Source of the DNA: a virus
Taxonomy: Duplodnaviria > Caudoviricetes
Reading direction: 5' to 3' (one strand)
IMG/VR virus record: IMGVR_UViG_3300023180_009605
Coordinates: 1-32,116 of that record
DNA: 32,116 bases
Of this stretch, positions 18,835 to 27,554 are shown one piece after another. Each line of letters starts with the position of its first letter. Within the stretch, counting starts at the first letter, position 1. The notes under the pieces are model-generated. The model saw only the letters and a program-made list of their open reading frames with translations. It was not told where the DNA came from and searched no databases. A program made the position numbers and the translations under genes.

Positions 18835-19946
18835 TTTAAAATTTCCTTGAGGACATCACAAACATACTTGAGATCGTCATCAGTCATATTAGGAGATCCT
18901 GGCAAATTGATACCTCTAGAAGAAACATCGTATGCGTTTTTATTTAGTGCGCTGTATTTCTTCTCTTGGCTGAAGGCAGGTATCGAAGACAAAGGATAGA
19001 AAAAGGGTCTAACTGGTACATTTTTCTTCTCAGCTTCGCTTATAATACTGTGCTTATCTATGTTGTATTTTTTTCCAAAAACTACACCGGTGATCCACGC
19101 ACCGTTATAAACTTCCTCATTGTCTGTATTGAATATTGCATCAATATCTTTTAAATTTTCTTTATAGAAGTTCATATGATATCTTTTGATCCCTACTAAT
19201 TCTTCAATTCTTTCAAATTGAGCCAAACCTAAAGCTGCTTGCAAATTAAAGGGCATGAACTTGTAACCAACAATGTCATTGAAATAAGGCTTAGTTTCTG
19301 GTCCTCTTCCGTGGTCTCTTAGCTTGACACACTTTTCATACAAGAGATCGTCATCCAACAAAAGCATTCCGCCCTCACCTGTAGACATCGTTTTTGTGTT
19401 GTGAAAACTAAACGTAGAACCTATTCCAAAAGATCCAGCTCGCTTACCTTTGTATATAGACCCTAGAGCTTCTGCTGCGTCTTCGATAAGGTGTATATTT
19501 CTATCTTTACATATTTTTTCTATCGATGCCATCTCAGGCATATTACCAAACAAATCAACTGCTATCACAGCTTTAGTTTTATCTGTAATGCATTCTTCAA
19601 TGTTTTTTGATGTTATACACCAACTCACAGGATCGATGTCACAGAAGACTGGTTTCGCCCCGACATAAGTTACCGGTGAAGCTGATGCTATCCACGTGCA
19701 TTCCGGAACAATAACTTCGTCTTCTGGTCCTATGCCCAGACCCATTAGCAATAGGTGAAGTGCACTAGTGCAGTTAGTAGTCATCAAAGCATGCTTTCTG
19801 CCGTGATAAGACGCGAATCTTTTTTGTAACTCTTCGCAGTAGTAGTACTTTTTATCTCCGTACCATCCGTTCCAAAGAGCATCTAAGACGTATTTTTCTT
19901 CAAGCTTAGTTATGTGAGTCCCAGCAGCGTGTATATTTCTTTTCAT
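18831..19946 (-). CDS. DegT-family PLP aminotransferase (perosamine synthase/VioA-like)
   Basis: TNCTSALHL, DEVIVP..TWIAS, IEDAAEALG, FSFHNTKTMSTGEGGM, and RPFFYPLS; AGGAG RBS. Confidence 0.92.
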   Translation of the reverse strand: MKRNIHAAGTHITKLEEKYVLDALWNGWYGDKKYYYCEELQKRFASYHGRKHALMTTNCTSALHLLLMGLGIGPEDEVIVPECTWIASASPVTYVGAKPVFCDIDPVSWCITSKNIEECITDKTKAVIAVDLFGNMPEMASIEKICKDRNIHLIEDAAEALGSIYKGKRAGSFGIGSTFSFHNTKTMSTGEGGMLLLDDDLLYEKCVKLRDHGRGPETKPYFNDIVGYKFMPFNLQAALGLAQFERIEELVGIKRYHMNFYKENLKDIDAIFNTDNEEVYNGAWITGVVFGKKYNIDKHSIISEAEKKNVPVRPFFYPLSSIPAFSQEKKYSALNKNAYDVSSRGINLPGSPNMTDDDLKYVCDVLKEILK

Positions 19947-19967
19947 TTTTGAACTCCTAGACCTACA

Positions 19968-19996
19968 AATATATTTCTAAAACAAAAAGAGTATAA
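19968..19996 (-). promoter_or_regulatory. sigma70-like promoter TTATAC-N17-TATATT
   Basis: Located in the 59-nt gap, upstream of an AGGAG RBS and the ATG at 19946; third copy of the motif. Confidence 0.55.
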
Positions 19997-20005
19997 GGAT
20001 TGGAT

Positions 20006-20758
20006 CTATTCTTCGTATATATCGATATTAATGTAATATTTTTTTCCATTTAAAAAAAAGAAGCTAGATTCTTTTTTCGAAAAAGTTCTTCCTCTCATTA
20101 TGTTTATCAAGTCAAGAGCTTTGTATTTCTTTTCTAGATCTATTCTACTGTGTATTTCTATTTCTTTGCCATAATGAAAAGTGCTTTTTTCCGAATTTTG
20201 AGGAGTGCCGGCTATATTATCTTCTCTGATCTTGGGATACCACTCTTTGAAAAGTTCTATCATTTCTTCTAAAGACTTTTGATATAAACTTTCCCCGGTA
20301 GCTGTTATATCAAACTCAATCTTTTTCTGAGCTATGATTTTTCCATCGTCTATTCCGGAAGTTATATAATGAATAGAAACACCAAAATCATTTTCTTCAA
20401 CTATGGACCAATAATAAGGATGCTTTCCTCTAGATATCGGTAGAAAACTAGGGTGCAGATTGATAATGCCTTGGTTAACGCAAGATAAGGTCTCTTCCTT
20501 TATAATTTCAGGCCACCACAAAAGAAACACCTGCTCGATCTTCTTACGCTTTAATTCTTCTATAAATTCTCTAGAATTTGCACTAGTTCTTCTTAGACAA
20601 TGTATCCCCATGTCTTTCAGATCCTGTGTTATCTCTGATTCATATTTGTCGTTCTTAGATGTTATAGCTAAGTCTATAGGATATTCTGTGTCCTTGAGAT
20701 ACTTTACCAGATCTTTTCCAACATAGTTTGCAGCACAAATTGCAATTTTCTTTTTCAT
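20006..20758 (-). CDS. sugar N-formyltransferase (VioF/WbtJ/WlaRD-like)
   Basis: INLHPSFLP..RG.HP..WSI, GVSIH...GIDDG.II, and C-terminal IDL......DLIN..R..TF. Confidence 0.88.
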   Translation of the reverse strand: MKKKIAICAANYVGKDLVKYLKDTEYPIDLAITSKNDKYESEITQDLKDMGIHCLRRTSANSREFIEELKRKKIEQVFLLWWPEIIKEETLSCVNQGIINLHPSFLPISRGKHPYYWSIVEENDFGVSIHYITSGIDDGKIIAQKKIEFDITATGESLYQKSLEEMIELFKEWYPKIREDNIAGTPQNSEKSTFHYGKEIEIHSRIDLEKKYKALDLINIMRGRTFSKKESSFFFLNGKKYYINIDIYEE

Positions 20759-21414
20759 ATTTGTATGTCTTTATTGAATTTGGCTTTTGTTCTAGGTAAA
20801 TTCATCTGATCCTGTGATATTTTCGACCAATACATTACGCCTAGTGTCTTTCTAGACATACCCTTTGTGATTGTTCTTACACCGTGCCAAGAATTTCCGG
20901 AACATTTAAAAACATTCAACCGGTTAAACTTGTAGGGAAGCCTAGCTTCATTTTCTTTTCCATCATGAACAATCAAGTCGAAAGATTCATCATAAACCTC
21001 TGAAATACAAAGTACTGCGCTGTACTCTCTTTTCCAGTCTAAATTTATACCATGTATTTCAGCGTCTACATGCAATCCTAAATGACCTCCTTCACCGTTT
21101 TGGTTGGGTGTCAGCATCATTCCTCCTCCATAATGACTCATGTCTGGAAATGTAGAAGTTTTAAGTTCTTTAAAATATTCATCAGGATCAAAATTAAGGG
21201 CAATATAATCTAGCACTGCCAAAGACTCAGGAGTTGAAAGTCTTGGTATTTTAGAGCAGTACTGTACTTGACCTGAACTGCTTTGGTACTTAACCCATTC
21301 CTCATCCTTCATTTTTTCAAAGCTTTCTGACGCCGCTCTAACAAGAGATTTCGAGGGTATAAAGTCATCTATAGAAAGAGCAGGAAAAGGAACATCTATC
21401 TTATTTATTTTCAT
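20755..21414 (-). CDS. 2OG-Fe(II) oxygenase superfamily protein
   Basis: GGHLGLHVD (HxD), FNRL, SWHGV (distal His), and RKTL (2OG-binding Arg). Confidence 0.8.
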   Translation of the reverse strand: MKINKIDVPFPALSIDDFIPSKSLVRAASESFEKMKDEEWVKYQSSSGQVQYCSKIPRLSTPESLAVLDYIALNFDPDEYFKELKTSTFPDMSHYGGGMMLTPNQNGEGGHLGLHVDAEIHGINLDWKREYSAVLCISEVYDESFDLIVHDGKENEARLPYKFNRLNVFKCSGNSWHGVRTITKGMSRKTLGVMYWSKISQDQMNLPRTKAKFNKDIQI

Positions 21415-22133
21415 TTTTTCTCAAACACAAAATTTAACAATGTTTTAATTCTATTCTTCTCAGGATATTTTTTTAATCCTTCGAAAGACTTGTTGTTAGT
21501 AATATCCTGTGATATTTCTTTCTTTATGCATTTATAGCCTTTTGCTTCTATAGTCTTGATTAATTCAGCAGAGTTTATGAACCAGTAGGGTATTTTTTCA
21601 TCTCCCCAGTATTGATATGTTAAAAAAGTATTTATTGGTCCGGCGGCCGTATCACATAGAACTATTTTGTCGGGTTTTTTTTCACATATCTCTTCTAGAG
21701 TAGCCTTCCAGTCTTTAAAATACTGGAGTGCTGTTCTCACGTAGCAAAGGTCGATATCTTCTGTGCAGCTTGACAGCTCCTTGTAAAAGAAAAGCTCTTT
21801 GTGTTCTTTGTAAAAAGTTCTAGCAGAATCTACAACTTTAGGTACTTCAACTATGTTGTATTTTAGATTTTTGGTAGTTTGACTTCGAAGAGGATGGTAA
21901 GAAAGACCAAATCCTCCTCCTAAGTCTAAGATGATCACAGAGTTTTTTTCTATTTTTTCGATCTCGGATATAAGAAGTTTATTTCTTTCTTTTGATATTT
22001 CTATTTCGTCAGAAATGTTTCTTATTCTGGTTTTTTGCTTTTCGACCCAGTCACTATTATCGTAAGAACCAGCATCATTATCTTTTTTAGAATATGAATC
22101 TTGTACTTTACTTGACCAACCCTTGGAGTACAT
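21411..22133 (-). CDS. class I SAM-dependent methyltransferase (putative sugar methyltransferase)
   Basis: ILDLGGGFG (motif I), YNIVEV, TALQY, and IPYWFIN. Confidence 0.8.
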   Translation of the reverse strand: MYSKGWSSKVQDSYSKKDNDAGSYDNSDWVEKQKTRIRNISDEIEISKERNKLLISEIEKIEKNSVIILDLGGGFGLSYHPLRSQTTKNLKYNIVEVPKVVDSARTFYKEHKELFFYKELSSCTEDIDLCYVRTALQYFKDWKATLEEICEKKPDKIVLCDTAAGPINTFLTYQYWGDEKIPYWFINSAELIKTIEAKGYKCIKKEISQDITNNKSFEGLKKYPEKNRIKTLLNFVFEKK

Positions 22134-22551
22134 TCTCTTCTCTCTTTTTTTTCATTATTTCACAGTACTCAGACCAGTCCTCTATGTAGTCAGTCTTATC
22201 ATAGGGTGTATCTGCAATTACTAACAAGACCGTGTCGGGAGTCATGTATATTTGCTCATCCCAAATCAAGTTAGGGATAAAGAGCGCATCTGTAGGTCTA
22301 TTTAAAGTCCAGTCTCCGGCGTTTATGCCGTCTTTACATTTAACAAAACATTCTCCTTTGATGCATATCAGTATTTGATTTGTTTTAAAGTGAGAATGCT
22401 TACCTCTAGTCCTTCTATCTGGAACGTCAGACACATAAAATATTCTAGAAGGACTAATAGGTAGATCAGAAAACTCTATGGGAAACAAAGATCCTCTAAC
22501 GTCACTATGATCATTTATTTTAATTAGTCTTACATCACTTACTGAATGCAT
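22108..22551 (-). CDS. dTDP-6-deoxy-3,4-keto-hexulose isomerase (FdtA/QdtA/WxcM-like cupin)
   Basis: D.RGSL, RIFYV..VP...RGKHSH, L.IP.LIW, and VLLVIAD..Y...DYI. Confidence 0.9.
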   Translation of the reverse strand: MHSVSDVRLIKINDHSDVRGSLFPIEFSDLPISPSRIFYVSDVPDRRTRGKHSHFKTNQILICIKGECFVKCKDGINAGDWTLNRPTDALFIPNLIWDEQIYMTPDTVLLVIADTPYDKTDYIEDWSEYCEIMKKKREENVLQGLVK

Positions 22552-23212
22552 TTTTCTTTAACTCGTCGTAAAATTCTATGTCTGATTTGCAAATTTCTCT
22601 AAAAACCTCTCTAGTTTCTCTATCCCAAAAGTCATTAAATCTAATTGGATTTTCTTCTCTTAGAAATAAAATTCGGTCTGTTATTCCAGACTTTCCTTGT
22701 GCTTTTATTTTTTTGTCTATTAACTCAAGTTGACTTCTAGGTCTAGAAAAGTCTAAAACGTAGTCTACACCTAAGGAACCGTCAGATTCTTTTAGGTAAG
22801 ATTGATAGACATTTGGGTTAAACGCAGAATATTTAGCATCTATAACATTTTCTCTTAACCAAGTAACTAGACCTAGGTCGGATACATCACCTACCGATTC
22901 ACCTTTTACCATGGGTGCCCAATAATTTAAAACAAAATCTCTAAAATGTTCATGACTCAACCTGTGATTAATTTCTGGTATTCTTTTCTTTGATGTTAAT
23001 TGTTTATAAGTGGATGCAAATCTATCAAAAGGATCTCTTAAAAAACAAAACTTTGTAAAGGAGTCCCATTCAACGTCTTTGTGAAAAACTCTTAAATCAG
23101 GTATTCCGATGTGAGGATCACCGGATGGTGGTGCAAAAACACTCATACTTAATGCTGTACCAGCGGTTTTTGGAATATGTACGAATATCAAACCTTGCTC
23201 TTTAGATATCAT
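22535..23212 (-). CDS. sulfotransferase family 2 protein
   Basis: FVHIPKTAGT (5'-PSB) and FCFLRDPFDRFASTY (3'-PB). Confidence 0.85.
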   Translation of the reverse strand: MISKEQGLIFVHIPKTAGTALSMSVFAPPSGDPHIGIPDLRVFHKDVEWDSFTKFCFLRDPFDRFASTYKQLTSKKRIPEINHRLSHEHFRDFVLNYWAPMVKGESVGDVSDLGLVTWLRENVIDAKYSAFNPNVYQSYLKESDGSLGVDYVLDFSRPRSQLELIDKKIKAQGKSGITDRILFLREENPIRFNDFWDRETREVFREICKSDIEFYDELKKNAFSK

Positions 23213-23638
23213 CTATTTTTCCTCTGTTGCCCAAGTTTCACCAAAATGTCCTGGTTTAACTTTCCACTCATCACACGTTGAATATTCCTCTGTTAACGAA
23301 TAAAACATTATTGATTCATCTTGAAGCGCTTTGTATCCGTGCCAAACTCCAGGTGGGATCTCTAGAACTCTTGAGTTTTTGTCTGAAAGATATTCCCATT
23401 TTACTTCTGTTGTTCCATCTTCTTTCTCAAACCCTAGACCTACTTTAAAAGAACCTTTAATGCACACCCAATAATCTGTCTGTTTCTTGTGTCTATGCCA
23501 AGCGACAACATGATCTTTTGAATTTACATAAGAAATGTTTATCTGGCCTTGAACATTAGGAAAAGTCATAAAAATTCTTTGAGCTCTATCATCTTCGTGG
23601 TAGTTTAAAGAATGTTCTTTTTTAGTAGTATATTTCAT
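23213..23638 (-). CDS. RmlC-like cupin (dTDP-4-dehydrorhamnose 3,5-epimerase family)
   Basis: HEDDR, Q.NIS, AWHRHKKQTD, and LEIPPGVWHGYKAL. Confidence 0.8.
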   Translation of the reverse strand: MKYTTKKEHSLNYHEDDRAQRIFMTFPNVQGQINISYVNSKDHVVAWHRHKKQTDYWVCIKGSFKVGLGFEKEDGTTEVKWEYLSDKNSRVLEIPPGVWHGYKALQDESIMFYSLTEEYSTCDEWKVKPGHFGETWATEEK

Positions 23639-24338
23639 TCTTATGCTCCTCTATTAAATCTAAGATGCTTGTATCTGCTAGAATTTTTGCTTCTTCCCAG
23701 TCATACAAACAAGTCCCACCATGGATTTGCATTCCTTCCGACTGAACTTTTGACACCCAAGATATTGTGTATTCTTCTTTAGAATTTCTTAAATCATCAA
23801 TTCTATCAATTATCTCCAGCTTCTTTTCTTTCGTCACGTCTATTTGAAGATCTAAACATATGTCCTCAATTAATTTTTCTTTGTTATTTAAGATTTCATT
23901 AAAATGAATAATTCTCTTAGTAAGGAGTTTTGATTCTTCAATGTTTGACCATGTCTTAAAGATATTGATGTTTTGTTTTAGTATTTTTAGAATTTTTGAT
24001 TGATTTAATTTTAAACCTCTCTCTTTTTTAATAAGCATCCCGGCGGCGCATTGTCTTAATGGCCTGTATGAAATGTAAAGATGACTCTTTCGGCTGCATG
24101 CAAACCCCAGGTCTTTGAGTTGTTTTTCTTTAGGCTTTTCGTGGCATTTTATAATAGGGCATATGTTCGAGCCTATGGGTCCTCTTTTACATCCTAGATA
24201 TCTACTAGATCTTCCGGAGAAGTGTCCGTAGTGAATATCAGATTTTTGGTATTTCTCTTCTAACAAAAATCTTACTAGATTGTACAAGGCTGTTGAACCT
24301 GAGCTATATTGGCCTGCGGTTATGATGCAAGGTTTCAT
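23622..24338 (-). CDS. divergent sulfotransferase-like (P-loop) protein
   Basis: TAGQYSSGSTALYN (5'-PSB-like), IIKCH, and YISYR; the canonical RSGST is altered. Confidence 0.55.
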   Translation of the reverse strand: MKPCIITAGQYSSGSTALYNLVRFLLEEKYQKSDIHYGHFSGRSSRYLGCKRGPIGSNICPIIKCHEKPKEKQLKDLGFACSRKSHLYISYRPLRQCAAGMLIKKERGLKLNQSKILKILKQNINIFKTWSNIEESKLLTKRIIHFNEILNNKEKLIEDICLDLQIDVTKEKKLEIIDRIDDLRNSKEEYTISWVSKVQSEGMQIHGGTCLYDWEEAKILADTSILDLIEEHKNEIYY

Positions 24339-25519
24339 TATTTTACCTCGCTTACGAATGGAACATGTGTGATAAATACTCCTCCTCTTGACAGAAAGTC
24401 TTTTTCTTTTTTGACGATCTCGTCTTTAAAATTCCATGCCCCTAAGAAAGCTACGTCTACTGATTTATCGAATCCTTCAGTGTCGGAAACAACTGGAATC
24501 TTCGAACCTGGTGCATATTTTCCTTGTTTGTCAGGTGTGTTGTCTACGATGTATTCAATTAAATTTTCGTTAATATTACAATAGTTGAAGACAGTCGTTG
24601 ATTTTGAAGTAGCACCATAGCTTATTATTTTCTTTCCTTGATCTTTAAATGTTTTCAAGACTTTTAAAAGATCATCTTTGGATTTTTTTACTCTTTTGGC
24701 GAAAGCAACATAGGTCGCAAAGTCATTCAGATTCTCATAATCTTCATCTAAAAAAGCTTTCTCAACAGAAGGCTCTATTTCTCTTTGACTTTCTTTCTTT
24801 TTAGCATATATTCTATTTGATCCTCCGTGTATTTCTATATCTTCTACTTTAAAAATTTCTAAGCCGGCTTTTTCAAGTATTTTACTAAGTGAAGTCACAG
24901 AAAAAATATGTGCATGCTCGTCATATATCTGATCGTAGGAGTTTCTCTTTATCATTTGTAAGAGAGACGGATCTTCAAAAATAAAAACTCCCTCAGATTC
25001 TAAAACTTCTGATATATTTCTAAAAGCATCTTCGATTTCAGGAATATGACACATACAGTTAGCAGAAAAAATTAAGTCAAATTTTTCATTGTTTGACTTC
25101 ATCTCTTCTACCAAGTCTTTGTTCCAAAAATTATCATATGTTTTATAGCCTAATTTTCTGGTAATGTCTCCAAAATTAGTACATGGTTCAACAGACATAG
25201 CCTGCGTTGTTGTAAAGTTTTTAAGAAATACTCCATCATTACTGCCTATTTCTAAGACCTTGTCTGTTTGAAAGTTTTTCTTAATATTTTCTGCAGTATT
25301 TTTAAAATGCTCCCTCATAGTCTTAGATGCGGATGAAAGATAGACGTATTCATCGTTAAACATCATCTCTAAGTCAACAAATTTTTCTAATGAGACTAGC
25401 TTTGTTTCTTCATCAAAAACGACTTTGAGATCAAACAAGTATTCTTCTTCTTCTTTGCTTTTAGTAAACTTGTTTGCTATCGGCTGTTTTCCTAAGTCTA
25501 AAAATGTCTTTTTTGTCAT
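24338..25519 (-). CDS. NDP-hexose C3-methyltransferase family (TcaB9/NovU-like)
   Basis: FLDLG.QPIAN.F, VLEIGSNDG, YDQIYDEH, HGGS.R, YGA.SK, D.TP.KQG, and GAWNF. Confidence 0.9.
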   Translation of the reverse strand: MTKKTFLDLGKQPIANKFTKSKEEEEYLFDLKVVFDEETKLVSLEKFVDLEMMFNDEYVYLSSASKTMREHFKNTAENIKKNFQTDKVLEIGSNDGVFLKNFTTTQAMSVEPCTNFGDITRKLGYKTYDNFWNKDLVEEMKSNNEKFDLIFSANCMCHIPEIEDAFRNISEVLESEGVFIFEDPSLLQMIKRNSYDQIYDEHAHIFSVTSLSKILEKAGLEIFKVEDIEIHGGSNRIYAKKKESQREIEPSVEKAFLDEDYENLNDFATYVAFAKRVKKSKDDLLKVLKTFKDQGKKIISYGATSKSTTVFNYCNINENLIEYIVDNTPDKQGKYAPGSKIPVVSDTEGFDKSVDVAFLGAWNFKDEIVKKEKDFLSRGGVFITHVPFVSEVK

Positions 25520-25520
25520 C

Positions 25521-26585
25521 TTATCTCACTTTTTCTCCAAAGCCTATGTATCGTTTCACAATCACTTCGGTCCGAGTTTTCTCTTTAACGTCTTTCATTA
25601 TCTTAAGCCCTTCTTTCCATGTTTTGTTACCAAAATCTTTCTGAGCTTTCTTTTTCATTTCATTGCAAATTTCTGACCAGTTTATGATAAATTCTTCTGT
25701 TTCTGTATTGATGGCATACGGATATGATTCATCAATAAGCTCTCTATTGGCAGGGTCTAAAGAAGTTATTATGTTGGCATTACATGCAGCTGCTGTAGAA
25801 ACTTTTCCACCCGTCTTAGTTACCCATTGTTCATAAGGTAAATTAAGTTTTTCTTTTTTGCCTCTCAAAAGAGTCAAAGGTGATCTTACAGCATAGTGAC
25901 AACTATGCTTCAAAGGTGAATCATGACTTTCAATTTGCAACTGCGTATCGTAGTGACATCCTTCAGAAAATTCTTTCAAAAAAGTATTATATTTTTCTGA
26001 TGATGATTTTTTTGATGAAGAAGAGATTAGCTCTCTGAGGGGATGAAAATATCCGGACGTGTAGTCCCATTCATCCCTTAAACCTAGGTCTCCTTGACAC
26101 ATGTATCCTCTAGAATCTAGACTTCCACCAAAGTAAAGAGAGAAGTTTTTATGATTAAATTTATTAGACTTTTCTATAAAGATATCGTGATTCGCAGGTA
26201 TTACTTCAACATTTAAGCCTGGAAAATTATTTGACATTATTTTTTTAAATTCTTTGCTTCCTACTATCACTCCGGACAAGTGTTCTGCTCTGGATTTTAA
26301 AAACTCGCCTAAAGAAAATGATGTCATGTCACCAACGTAATAAAGAACAACACATTTGTTTTCCTTTAAAATCTCAGCAACTTGATGGTTTGGATTTTTT
26401 TTAAAGAATATGAGAAGGTCATTTTTATAGCTTCTTAAGTTTTCTAAGAGTTCATTGTATTCTAAGACATGCGACTCTTGTTCTAGAAAATTACTTGTGA
26501 CGTAGCAAGGCTGATAACAACCCATTGTTGCTCCTCCGCCGAATCGTTCGTACACATATACAATTCTTCTAAAACTACTTTTCAT
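25521..26585 (-). CDS. hypothetical protein, possibly divergent glycosyltransferase
   Basis: 354-aa ORF; segments IFFKK, YYVGD and TKTGGKVSTAAAC.ANII loosely resemble GT-B proteins; sits in the glycan cluster. Confidence 0.45.
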   Translation of the reverse strand: MKSSFRRIVYVYERFGGGATMGCYQPCYVTSNFLEQESHVLEYNELLENLRSYKNDLLIFFKKNPNHQVAEILKENKCVVLYYVGDMTSFSLGEFLKSRAEHLSGVIVGSKEFKKIMSNNFPGLNVEVIPANHDIFIEKSNKFNHKNFSLYFGGSLDSRGYMCQGDLGLRDEWDYTSGYFHPLRELISSSSKKSSSEKYNTFLKEFSEGCHYDTQLQIESHDSPLKHSCHYAVRSPLTLLRGKKEKLNLPYEQWVTKTGGKVSTAAACNANIITSLDPANRELIDESYPYAINTETEEFIINWSEICNEMKKKAQKDFGNKTWKEGLKIMKDVKEKTRTEVIVKRYIGFGEKVR

Positions 26586-27554
26586 CTACTGAACACCTAA
26601 CCTTTCCAAGGTTTGTTTCCAGTCTTTAAACTCAATAGACTTATCATCGATGTATGCCACAGCTCTCGGTTTTTCAGATGTTACTTTCGAAACGTATTGA
26701 GCTAGATCGTGTTTTTCTAGCCATTCCCAAACTAGCTCAATTCCGGTTTTTCCATTTACCAGACCTCTATCAGGCTTTGCCTTACATGTAAATACTATTA
26801 CCGAGTATTTTTCCGATAGATGTTTTAGAGCATCTCTTGCTCCTTCAACAGGATCATCGTAAATAGTTCCATCGTAATATCCTTTTGAACATTTGTGAAT
26901 CACTCCATCAAAATCAACACCTATGTTTATTTGTTCATCAGGATAACTGTGCTCTCTTATCTTTCCACCCTTCCAGTTGAGCTTTTCTAAGTCTTTGGGT
27001 GTATTTTTTCCAATAGGAGGACATTCTTTTCCGGATCCATGAGTTAGTTCATAAGTTAAAAGGAGAGTCAAGACTTCAGCAGTATGGTAATATTCTGCAC
27101 CTAACTCAATTACCGTTAAATTTGGTATTTTGACATTAAGTGGGCGACTAGAGATCATCGCGATTTTCATTCCTTGATCATTTGCCCACTGGAGTGCTTT
27201 TATCACATCTGTAGATGTTCCGGAAGACGAAACACCAAGAACTAGGGAATTTTCAAGCTGAAATTTTGTTCTGGTGCAAGTTCTTTGATTAAGCCATGTC
27301 ACCATCCACTGGTCAAATCCTACGTCATTGATTAGAGAGGTGGCAACAATTCCAGAACCTGGACACATTGCGTTTTTTGTTCCATTTGAAAGTCTAGTTA
27401 TATCGACTGCAGCGTGATCTGCAACTGCTAAGTTGCCTCCATGACCTAAGACAAATATTTCTCCAGAGCTGTTAAACTTTTCCTGAAGTTCTTTCCAGCT
27501 TTCACTATTTACTATACTGACAAATTTTTCGTCTAGATTTTCAAAGTTAAGCAT
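26586..27554 (-). CDS. SIS-domain sugar-phosphate isomerase (GmhA-like) fused to HAD phosphatase
   Basis: N-terminal GHGGNLAVADH and GVSSSGTS.DV..AL; C-terminal GVDFDGVIH (DxD), VFT, EKP..AYIDDK. The likely start is 27554 (GAGG upstream); the track start is 27569. Confidence 0.8.
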   Translation of the reverse strand: MLNFENLDEKFVSIVNSESWKELQEKFNSSGEIFVLGHGGNLAVADHAAVDITRLSNGTKNAMCPGSGIVATSLINDVGFDQWMVTWLNQRTCTRTKFQLENSLVLGVSSSGTSTDVIKALQWANDQGMKIAMISSRPLNVKIPNLTVIELGAEYYHTAEVLTLLLTYELTHGSGKECPPIGKNTPKDLEKLNWKGGKIREHSYPDEQINIGVDFDGVIHKCSKGYYDGTIYDDPVEGARDALKHLSEKYSVIVFTCKAKPDRGLVNGKTGIELVWEWLEKHDLAQYVSKVTSEKPRAVAYIDDKSIEFKDWKQTLERLGVQ

